Source: Haliotis cracherodii (taxonomy: Eukaryota). Taken from it: DNA of 64,000 bases. Position numbers and translations under genes: made by a program. Shown here in pieces: positions 27,453 to 39,600 of this stretch (its first letter is position 1; each line of letters starts with the position of its first letter). The stretch covers positions 30,876,001-30,940,000 of the forward strand of contig NW_027266265.1 of assembly GCF_022045235.1 (NCBI RefSeq). Direction: 5' to 3'. Under the pieces are notes generated by a model. The model searched no databases, was not told the DNA's origin, and saw only the letters and a program-made list of their open reading frames with translations.

Positions 27453-27632
27453 TACATACACATTACTTAGATAGGACTTACATGTACGTATTTCGACCGC
27501 CGGGATCATATTTTTTGAGGTAGGACTTAAAGATTATGTTCCCCTTGACGTATCGAATTTGACCTTGTTGTTTACATTGTAGAAATTGTCCGACTCTGTA
27601 CATACATACATACATACATACACATTACTTAG
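27245..27632 (+). repeat. Tandem direct duplication just upstream of the first coding exon of paralog 2
   Basis: tagataggacttacatgtacgtatttcgaccgccgggatcat... starts at 27245 and 27468; the copies differ mainly by a (CAGA)n block in copy 1. Confidence 0.9.
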
Positions 27633-27662
27633 CGTATTACATATTCATTTCAGGAGAAGTTA

Positions 27663-30600
27663 ATGATGGAGGGCAACGTCAATGCAAAGGAAAGTATTGG
27701 TGATAAAAGAGAAACTTGGGCTCATAAGAGAGAATATATTTTGTCTATGCTTGGCTACAGTGTAGGATTTGGCACACTCCTGAGATTCCCCTACCTGTGC
27801 AACAGAAATGGTGGCGGTAAGTGCAATGTTGATAATTCAACTTCAGCTTTAGTTTTGATCAATATTAATAATTTAAAGGTAGTCATGATCTTTAGATACA
27901 ACACATAATCAATGGTTCTGATGGTATTTTAATCTTTTACTAGGTGCCTTCCTCATCCCATATTTCACTGCAATCATCGCATGCAGTGTTCCGTTGTTCT
28001 TCCTGGAGGTGTCCATCAGTCAGTTTTCCAGCAGGAGTGCCACTCATGTTTGGGTTCTATGTCCTTTATTTAAAGGTAACATTTTAGCTTTTATGTACAG
28101 TATAACCTTTTGTACATTGGAAAGTATGGCATTATAACCAGGTTGTACTGTACTTTACGGTGTAAACATTTTTGCTAGATGTGATATTGAGAATATGCAG
28201 TTGTTATACAGCCATTCCACTCATCTAGGTTCCTATCTGCGACCCAGTTTACAGTTAACTATACCATAGCCTAATTATTCATTATTCATTATTCATATGA
28301 TCATTGTCCCACAAGCTAGCAGCAAAACAGACCATTCATTGCATATTCCCCCTATGTTTCAGGAATTGGCATCTCACAGATACTCAGAACTATATTTGGA
28401 GTCATACCGGATGCTCTCATCATGACCTGGGTAATTTACTATCTGAGCCAATCTTTCAGATCTGTATTGCCCTGGACAACGTGTGACAACTGGTGGAATA
28501 CTCCTGTGTGTATCAATAGACTCACCAATGATTCATCTTATGTCTTCTTCAACAGTACTGTGGAACACCAACTTCTCCACAACGCTGTATGGAGAAAGCC
28601 AAATTCAACATTGACTGCCTCGGAGGAGTACTGGCAGTATGTTTACTAACGTAATCTACTGGTAATCCAGGATAAGTTTAATTATCTCACAAATCGGATT
28701 TGAGGAAAGTAGGTGGTGCACAGAAAATGGGAAAACATATTTGGTTTGTAACAGGTAGAGAAGATGTACGCATGTTGAGCAGGTGCAGTTCACACGAAGA
28801 AATTAACTACGCTCTCGTGGAAACACGTATTGCTCGGTGTGACAAGACGATACCAGAATTCTCTAAAAGTCGCTTTACAGAAAGTAATTTCAAAGCATCC
28901 AACATGTCAAAGCTAGGTAAGCATGGCCAAATCATACATTCCCAGGCTCAAGAATTGGCATATTTTGTCATAAATTACACGGAGAAGGAATGTACACATA
29001 AAATGCAAGCATTGACTAAAGCTAGCATTGCCACTGGTCTATTTGTATCTACGCAAAAGCGAATCAAAGCAGAAGGTATCGCTAGTGACAAAGGCGAGAG
29101 CAGTTCCATTAGCCCAAGTAAGTCGTGTTTCACGTCACTATGTCACGTGATAACTGAAATACCTGGAACATATGGTGTTTAAACACCAACACCAAAAAAC
29201 GCCAAATGGTGTTTAAACAGATACTGCATACTATATACGAGTATATTGGCTGCGGATATCGGCTGTACTTTCCATCAGAGTGATGTTTTTGTCTGTTGTA
29301 TTACCACTCTTCTTCGCAGGCATCTGCCTCGGTCCTATATTTGTATTTCAAAGTGTGTGTACATTGTTACCATAATACTATATTATACTGAAAGGTTCAA
29401 CGCCCTTCGAGTTTCAACTGGAATAGACAAATTTGGGACCGTGCAGCCCCACATGCTTCTCAGTCTCCTGTGTTCCTGGACCATTGTGTTTCTGTGTTTG
29501 ATGAGAGGAGTGCGGTCGGTAGGGAAGGTAGGTCAGTTCGGTTTCTACGCCAGTTGTTTCTGGGAAAATTACCTCAAGCCTGATAAAGACAAAAAGAGGT
29601 TGAGGCAGTAGGCGTTATGAAATCTCGACAGGAGAATTCCCACGAGATACTGTTCTGTTATTTGCAGGGAGACATGTGTAATTTTATGGGGCGTACTTGT
29701 TTCCTCACACTATGAAGTATATAAAGATAAACTGCATTATTAGGCGCATTACCCATCATAAATCTACCCTGGAAAAGAAAAAGTATTTGATGCTTGGATG
29801 TTATGATCATCCATTGTTCTTGTTGCATTCTTTAGTGCATTGAAGAAAGACAAATATGGGGTATTTTATGAAGTACTCGGCCTTGGTCTATCTCTGAGAC
29901 AAACAATAACTACTGTGGACGTATCCTATCCCGGGTACCTTGCAGAGAGAGACATATATTGCGTACCTTGCAGAGAGATACACAGTGGTTACTGTACCCT
30001 ACCCTAGATACCCTGCAGAGAGATACACCGTGGGTACTGTATCCTACCCTATGTGCCCTGCAGCGAGAGACACAGTGGGTACTGTATCCTACCCTAGCTA
30101 TCCAGCAGAGAGATACACCGTGGATACTGTACCCTACCCGAGATACCCTGCAGAGCGATAGACAGTGGGTACTGTACCCTACCCTATGTGCCCTGCAGAG
30201 AGATACACAGTGGGTACTGTATCATACCCTAGATACCCCACAGAGAGATACACAGCGGGTACTGTACCCTACCCTAGAAACCCTACAGAGAGATACACAG
30301 CGGGTACTGTACCCTACCCTAGAAACCCTACAGAGAGATACACAGTGGGTACTGTACTCTACCATATGTGCCCTGCAGAGAGATACACGGCCGGTACTGT
30401 ACCCTACCCTAGATACCCCACAGATAGATACACAGTCGATATTGTACCCTACCCTATATGCCCTGCAGAGAGATACACAACGGGTACTGTACCCTACCCT
30501 AGACACCCCACAGAGAGATACACAGTGGGTACTGTATCCTTCCCTAGACACCCCACAGAGAGATACACAGTGGGTACTGTATCCTACCCTATGTGCCCTG

Positions 30601-33600
30601 CAGAGAAATACACAGTGGGTACTGTTTCCTACCCTAGATATCCTTCAGGGAGATACACAGTGGGTACTGTATCCTACCATATGTGCCCTGCAGAGAGATA
30701 CACATTGGGTACTGTATCCTACCATATGTGCCCTGCAGAGGGATACACAATGGGTGCTGTATCCTACCCTATGTGCCCTGCAGAGAGATACACGGTGGGT
30801 ACTGTACCCTTCCCTAGATACCCCACAGAGAGATACTCAGCGGGTACTGTACCCTACCATATGTGTCCTGCAGAGGGATACACAATGGGTACTGTATCCT
30901 ACCCTTGATACCCCGCAGAGAGATACACGCAGGGTACTATATCCTAACCTAGATACCCTGCAGAGATACACAGTGGGTATTGTACCCTACCATATGTGTC
31001 CTGCAGAGGGATACACAATGGGTACTGTATCCTACCCTTGATACCCTGCAGAGAGATACACAGTGGGTACTATATCCTAACCTAGATATCCTTCAGAGAT
31101 ACACAGTGGGTATTGTACCCTACCCTAGATACCCTGCAGAGCGATACACAGTAGGTACTGTATCCTACCCTATGTGCCCTGCAGAGAGATACACAGTTGG
31201 TACTGTATCTTACCCTAGATACCCTACAGAGAGATACCCCACAGAGATACACAGTGGGTACTGTATCCTACCTAGCTACCAAACAGAGAGATACACAGTT
31301 GGTACTGTACCCTACCAGAGATACCCTGCAGAGCGATACACAGTGGGTACTGTATACTACCCTATGTGCCCTGCAGAGAGATACACAGTTGGTACTGTAT
31401 CTTACCCTAGATACCCTACAGAGAGATACACAGTTGGTACTGTACCCTACCCGAGATACCCTGCAGAGAGATACACAGTGGGTACTGTATCATACTCTAG
31501 ATACCCCACAGAGAGATACACAGTGGTTACTGTATCCTGTGTCTGGTATCTTGCAGAGAGATGCATATTGGGTACTTCATACTGCCCTTACTACCTTGCA
31601 AAAAGATTATATACTATAGCTAAGCAGCCAGGCAATGTAAATGGGGAATTATCTTTCACAGGGCAAATTATTAGAGTGAGTTGTTTCTTTAAAACCGCGT
31701 TTACCAATTGATGCAGTATCTATGGATTGTTAGGATTTTATCAAGAATAAATTTGAAAGCTACAAAATCTATCTGACAGGTCGTGTACGTGACCGCTGTG
31801 ATGCCGTACATTCTCCTAACGGTGCTGTTGATCAGGTCGTGCATGATGCCAGGATCGGTCGATGGATTACTTTATTTTCTTCGTCCAGACTTCTCGCGTC
31901 TTGGATCGGTTCAGGTTGGATATTTTCTATTATGGATATTATTTTTATTAACTAAACCACAAAGCAGAGTAAACACTTCAGATGTCATCAACTAGCTATT
32001 CATTTTTAAGAATCTGTGTCATATTCTGTGCTACCACAGCTTGGTATGACGCACAAAAACTACTACATCACCGTTTCGTCATGGACAAAAAGACTATATT
32101 CACAGATCAGTTAACGATTGACAACGGTTTCATTGACAATAGTTCATTGCACGTACACGGCTTGAACAAGTACCATCTTTTAACGTATTTTGGTATGTCG
32201 CGGCCGGGGATCGAAACCCAGACATCGGAGGCGGTCGGATACCTCAAAACTAATCAAGCTTTACACGGTTTAACTCCCATGGTCACTATTGCGACGTTAC
32301 ATCGCTCATGCTGACGTACAAGGCGTGGCGTCACAGTCAGATAAGGAAAACACCAAATATAAAACTCTCTGGTCTTTTGCTATGACGCGGCCAGTGGATC
32401 GATGACTGAAGCGTCAAATTTGCAAATGTCCTACACATGTCTACCAGAACACTTTTTAAAAACTTTACTACGTGCTTGATTGCACCTTAAAATTTAGACA
32501 CCAGGTCAGTAAATCAGTCAATCCGAGCGGAAAGTCCGACTTATATGTATAAAGAAACTGGTCAGTAAGCAGGGAGCACCTTTGTTCTTCTTAAATATTC
32601 ATCTATGAATCTATGAAGGCTTCGGCCAGTATTTCACAAATTCACATTTTCTCGGTGTATTTCAGATGACATTTCATTTGTGAAAAATTGTCCTAAACTT
32701 TGAAGATAGACATGTTACCATATATATGGTCACAACTTTTATGATTGTCGTGCCAGATCACTTTTGAAAAGATCACAATATTTGATTTGGTACATATTAT
32801 ATTATTGTAATAACCATCTGGTGGTAAGAACATCAGGTTATATTAATTCGGATTGTGTCTTTTGACATTAAAGGTTCAAGATAAATCACTGAAGCAAGAT
32901 AATGTCTTCGTGTGGATTAATTATGAATATTCATCTATGCTCAGAGCTCATCAACAAACAAAGAACGTGTCCTCAGGTTCTGTCGATTAACATAGTAATC
33001 TAAGTTTGGTCATGTGGCAAATCAGGAATTTAATCTGGCATGAACTAAATCTACCTATCAAGTGATGACCATTCGTGATATATACACCGGTTCTAGTTTT
33101 GTTACATGAATAATATTTAGGCATTGTGAACCATCTTTTGAAATATATTGCATTTGATAATCGTGACAAAGCGGTAACATTTGAGAGACCTCTTCACACT
33201 TCCACTAGATATGTCCATTACAGGTATGGCTAGAAGCACTCCTCCAAGCATTTTATTCCATGGGTACAACTTTCGGGACACTCAACACTGTTAGCAGCTA
33301 CAACAAATTCCATAACAACTGTCTTAGGTAAGCCTCGTTAAAAGGGAGACATTTATCTGTTATATTTCAAGCAACAGCAAATGTGCTAACAGCGACGTGT
33401 GCATTTTACATGTTCCTATCATATATGTTTATATATGTGTGCTTCTTCAGATGCACCTGTATTTCTTTCATATTTTGTGTTTCAGAGATGTGGCAGTGTT
33501 GACCATCAGCGGAGAAGCCAGCAGTATTTTCAGTGGATTGGTTGTGTTCTCTACTCTAGGATTCATGGCTCACGAGGCTCAGATCCCTATGTCGGATGTG

Positions 33601-36600
33601 GTGTCTTCAGGTTCGCTCAGCTTACCGCTCCATTTTGGCGATTGTCTTGTGAAGCACGAAGCTGTTCGTCCAGCAGTTTTCATTGATACCCAAACCTCTC
33701 AGACTGTCCATGTTGGACATTGTGACTTTTGATAACGTTTATTGATTCCTGTTTTGTAAGTCAATGTAAGACAACATGACTATGTAAATGAACTGACAAC
33801 ATGACTATGCATATGAACTAACAAACCCGCCCATGTAAAAGAACTGACAACATGACGATGTAAATGAACTGACAAACCTGCCCACTTAAAAGAACTGACA
33901 AACACGATTATGTATTTGAACTGACAAATATGTATATGCACTTTTGAAGATATCAACATGAAGTCTAGCGTTGAGAGAGTTTATGTAGAATGTCTTCAAC
34001 ATTCAACCACACTAGACAAATACATCCTGTGTGCAACTCGTCACACTGTTTGTAGGTTACAAATGCATTTATTAGGCTTATGGAATTTGATTGATTCTTT
34101 GAATATTTTGTCCGTTTTGAATATGTTCTCTCATATTTAGCCATCTGTGTCAAAGTAACTGAGATTGTCTTATTTCCCAAATAACAGGAGCGGGGCTTGG
34201 TTTTATCATCTACCCTGAAGCTATAGCAAAGCTGCCTGTGCCTCAACTGTGGTCTGTCCTGTTCTTCCTCTCGCTGCTTTCTTTGGGGATCGACACTTTG
34301 GTAAATAAAACGTCCTTAAACCATTTTTCATAGTTCAACATCTGTTCAAGATTACTATTTAATTTGTCACACAAATATTACTCCAATGACATTGAGGACC
34401 GTCGTTCATATCATACGCTACAATGACCAGCTACAGCTACATAGAGAGCTTTGATTTGGGCGCCCTAGACCACCATATGTGGATGCTTGTTTGTATCCAC
34501 TTTGGATTTTGTTCCTTTATTACAGTTTGGAGCAATGGAAACAATCATAGCCGGAATATCAGAAGCGTTCCCAAAGCATCTTATGAAGAGAAGAATTCTT
34601 GTCACTGCAGGCGTTTGTCTGTGCATTTTTCTGCTTTCTATTCCTTACGCGACACAGGTATGCTTTAGTAACTCCTACTATAATGTTAATCGTCACGGAT
34701 AAAGATCTAAATGATTATTTCTGTTTGCTGTCATGATATTAAAAGTATTTATTATTTTTTGGTAACGGAGTAACATGGAGTAACATACCTCGGGAATCAT
34801 TCATTCCATTTCCATTCTACCCAGGGCGGGATCTATCTGTTCCAACTGCTGGACTGGTATGCCTCCTCCTTTAACGTTCTGTTTATTGGATGCCTGGAGT
34901 GCTTGGTCATCAGCTGGATCTATGGTATGGAATAATGTTACGGAGCTGCTTGTTTTTTTTTATATTTCTTTAGGAGATAAACATATTGTGTTTTCAATTT
35001 TGAGATTGAAGATTTAACCGCGCTTAATGGAATTTGAGACCTTGCGCGACAAGTGGTTTGTCGATCTGAATTAAAGAAACACTGACAAAGTAAGACGCTG
35101 TATATACTCAAAAAATGTAATGTACTTTCTAATATTTCACTCGAATATATGATAGACATTGACACTCTGTAGCACAGCTACTTCGTAAGCCACCATTAAT
35201 GTGGACACCCCTAAAGGGAACTAATCAAGCTTTACACGGTTTCGTTCTACTCCCGAGGTCACTTTTACGTCGTAACGCCACTCATGGTGACGTACAAGAC
35301 GTGAAGTCACACGCAGATACAGAAAACACCAAATATCAAACTCTCCGGTGTCCCTAAAACTTGAAATACAATCTCTTTGCCGTATCGTATCCTACCCTAG
35401 ATACCCTGCAGAAAGATACACAGTGGGTAGTGTATTGTATCGTATTTTCCGCCCAAAATGTATTGCCACGCATACATGTAGTGTATATTATAGTAATTGT
35501 AAGTCTGCATTATGTAACCATTTCTTTCAAAATGCCTCTGACTGACCCATCAGAATCTAGTATTTCCCAACTTCATGGTAGAATTTCAACCAGAAGAATG
35601 TATTCTGCTGCTGAAAATATTCATAAATCTGGGGATGAATTGCTGGTAGGACAAATATTATGGATGATGATATAAGCTCCGGCGGCCAAATAGTAGCAGG
35701 ATTCAGGGTAAATTCGTACCAAGCTTTTCCCCTTTTTTCTCGGTCACCCAGGGGTCTATGTGGATAACGGTTAAAACATTAATGAAGCAATTGCATAGGA
35801 TAAGTGTTAAAAAAAGGTTGCCGGTCAGTTATTACATGACCAATGTTTATTATATCTATCACGTTATCTCGAACATGTTTCACATTGTGTAAATTTACAA
35901 GCGTTTTATACAGAATCGTAAAGATAGATATATTATCATTTTCAAGGTAAAGATATCCAGAAGGTTCAGTCTGTCAAATTACTCCTCAGAAAAAGAAGAA
36001 CAAAAATGAATGCGTGACCTCAGGAGTACAGATTTGGACTGCATGCCTCAACATACAGTCATCCTAGAACAAAGGCTGCTGGGATTTTTTTAAATAGCTA
36101 AAATTAGGATCAGACATACATAGATTAGTTTTTTTACTATAGTTATCAATTTAAATTGTGCAATGTGTGAAATGTGTTTTCTATCAATAACATAAAATAC
36201 GGCGGAGAAAACAAAACAGATGCTTGAAAAAATAGAATTTGTTTCGTTAATCGTTTTGCATTTATATTGCCCTAATGTTTTCTAAATGTAAAAAATGAGT
36301 CGAAGCTTGAAATGCGAACGATTACTGATTTCAATACATAAGACAGGAATTCATTATTCTTAACAAATATGTGCGAGTAACATAATTAAAACTATTCAAA
36401 TGTGGAAGTACCTATTGTTACAATTTGTTTGCAGCATACCTGAAAATGTGTGACGGTAAACATTGTCATTACAGGCTTCTGCTCATGCTTATACACCTTC
36501 CCTGTGCACGTTTAGAAAACTACAAACAATAGATACATGTGTGTACCTTGAATCAACATATTCCCATTATAATTTAAATACACATTATCATATAAATAAA

Positions 36601-39600
36601 CTAAGTATTATGTGTCTCTTTATCTGCATGCACGTTTTGAGTTTTCTTTGTCTCGTGATTGCTTGTGACACTTCAGTCATCAATTACTTGTGACACTTCA
36701 GTCATCAATAACTCGGCATCATCAAAAATTGTTATCTCGAACCCCTTTATATATCATATTCTTGAAGACAGTGTAAATTTATGTCAACGGCACCATAGTC
36801 TAATATCGACAAACGGATAAGTTAGAGATCCCACGTACTTCACGTTAACGAGGGTGCCACCGGTGGGGCAGGATAGAGGCACCTCTCGCGAATACCTGTC
36901 ATTATCAGTATTTGATAGTAGTTAATAAACATATTCTTATGATATGGTCGGAATCGTAAAATGGACCCTTATGATAATTGAAATGGTGTTTGTAGCCTTT
37001 GTTTAATTAACAGTGATGCATCAGAATATATAATGTTAGTAATGTCCGATTCAATTCCATATTTTGACTTGTACCATATGTTCCCAGTTCTGTTCAGATG
37101 AACACTTGACTTGCCTTTGCATGTGTTTGTGTCGGGTGACACAGGAAGGGAAGGATGTCTTCTCGCAAACACTTAGGTGTCATCACAATGTCATTAGAAT
37201 CAGGTCTTTGTGCTCGCTATCGCTAGACAAAGATCTGGAGACATACTATTTCGGGTCATTTCAAAACGATCTGGTCAGACCTAGCTGAATGGTAATTTAG
37301 GACCGGATGGACATGCAGACAGATTGTTGTTATAGATTTATTGTCATAAGATATTATGATATTATGACTATCCACTTGTCTAGCTGTAACTACAGAACTG
37401 TTAGTTTCTTGATCACGTCCGATATGGCTTTTGGTGAACATTATTCCGGATGTGTGCGGATACCTTTACCTTACAATGTATAGGTATATATATCATTATG
37501 TATATTTACAAGCATTGTTTCATCAGCGATAAATTTGCATTTCACTTATTCACGAAAACGATAACTTAACAAAGATTGAGGAGCATAACGCGCTTCTTTT
37601 TTATGTCATTGAAAATTAAATATACAGTAAAACTTTTGTCAAATTTGATTATGTCTATTTAAACATCACTCATTCCTGCAAGAGTTTGTAAAAAGTAACC
37701 TCGGATATTTTACAAATACATTATGTTTGGGTGAGTATGGTTTTACGCCGCCTTTAGCAATATTCCAGCAATAACACGGCAGGGGACATCAGAAATAGGC
37801 TTCACACATTGTACCCATGTCGGGAATCGAACCCGGGTCTTCGGTGTGACGAGCGAACGCTTTAACCACTAGGCTACCCGACCGCCCCCATTTGTCTAAT
37901 GAAGACTGTGGTAAGAAATGAAGTTCTATCCACATGACCCCTATAATGTTTCAACCGCTGTGTTGAACAAAAAAGAAAAAATATTAATTTTCAAAGATAA
38001 GATGCCTAATATACCCACCAGCAGTTGTGTATTTTGCAAAAATGTTTTAAATTTATAAAAGTTTTCCATCAATTCTTTTTGATAAGACCATGCAGAAGTA
38101 TGTTTAAGTGATGACTAGGCGCCAGTACATTTCATGTTTTGGATAATATCGCTAACTTGAGATATTGTCAATTGAATATTAAACACATGATAACATCAAC
38201 TGAGATGTATCGTTTTCTTTTTCTCCTCAGATTATATGGTTATATTTTTCTTTTAAACGAACTGAGAGGAAGAGTTTCTACTGCTCTTCAGTCCATATCA
38301 TTATATCAACTTTTGGAGGCTCAGGGTAAATATTTTCGAAACCAAGCTGAACGTCACTCGTCAAAAGAAGGTCAACTGTTATTGATCCAGACACATACCA
38401 TGTGCCTACAAGAGTTAACATAAGACCTTCAACATCCAGTGAAAATAGAAAGTGCGTCTAAATAATCATCAGAAATGATTTCATCTAACGGAGAATATTA
38501 TATATGTCAAATTACTGAAATTTTCACCTTGGCAATTTACAAAACGCCAAAAGATTTTGCATTTTTGTTTCCGTCAGATTGACTACAAGTTACGAAGAAG
38601 TTCAAAAGCGCTTCATCACATTTGACAAAACATCACATTTGACTAATCATGCAAGGATTAGAAGCCATAAAATAAAACAAATATACATTGAATTTTGTTT
38701 TCTTTTAATCATATCATTTTCAGTCATTGTGTGATGAAATATAACATTAACAGGTTTCGAATTCGTTAAGGATAATATTATAAATGGAAAAATAATTGTA
38801 AAATAACTGAATTATTTTGGCATTTGTAAACTGCAAGTGAAAATTTCAGCCATTTTACACCTTGACTGTGATATCTATACCAGCAATAGATCAATGAAAA
38901 TCTATTTCAGGTTCTAAACGGTTCAATCTTGACGTGGAAATGATGCTTGGGCGACGAACCCCGTTAGTGCTGAGCATTATGTTATCCTACATCACTCCTG
39001 TCATTCTGTTTGTAAGTAAACCTAGACTACTGACATGGGGCGTTATTAAATGATTAACACAATCACTACTGCTAATTTACAGCATGTTATAGCTACTCTC
39101 TAACGCCGCACTCAGCAATATTCAAGCTACACCATAGGGATACAATACCATGCATCCACCAAGTCAGGGCGCGTGACCACCTGAACCCTGAGTTGCTGAA
39201 GACCAACACTAATCCGGAACTTAACAGTTAGGGATAGATCAATATTAGTGTATGTCAATTCCAGACGACCCTTATTGAATTCATATCATGTGATTTTGAC
39301 TTAACATTTGAGGTCAACCACAAAACAACTCCGTGAACTCCGGGAAAGGTTACAGGTGCCAGTCAGCCTATGTTTGTCGTAGGTAGCGACTAAATGGATC
39401 GGCAATCTGATCGTGATACAAAACCCCATTCCTTTTACAATGTCCTGACAGCTATAGTAAGTTATTGTGGTCAAAACTGCGAAGTGCACGGGTAAATCAA
39501 TACCCGACGACTTGTGTTCAGTCTCACTGCTCCAATTAAACGTACATGTAACCTCTATTTTTCATGAATATGTACGCCAGCAAGATATATTTTGCGTCCG

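Noticed and set aside
29940-31711. Long repetitive ORFs (360, 247 and 243 aa)
   Set aside because: Produced by a 45-bp (multiple of 3) intronic minisatellite; open in several frames, with sporadic stops and indels and no supported gene structure.
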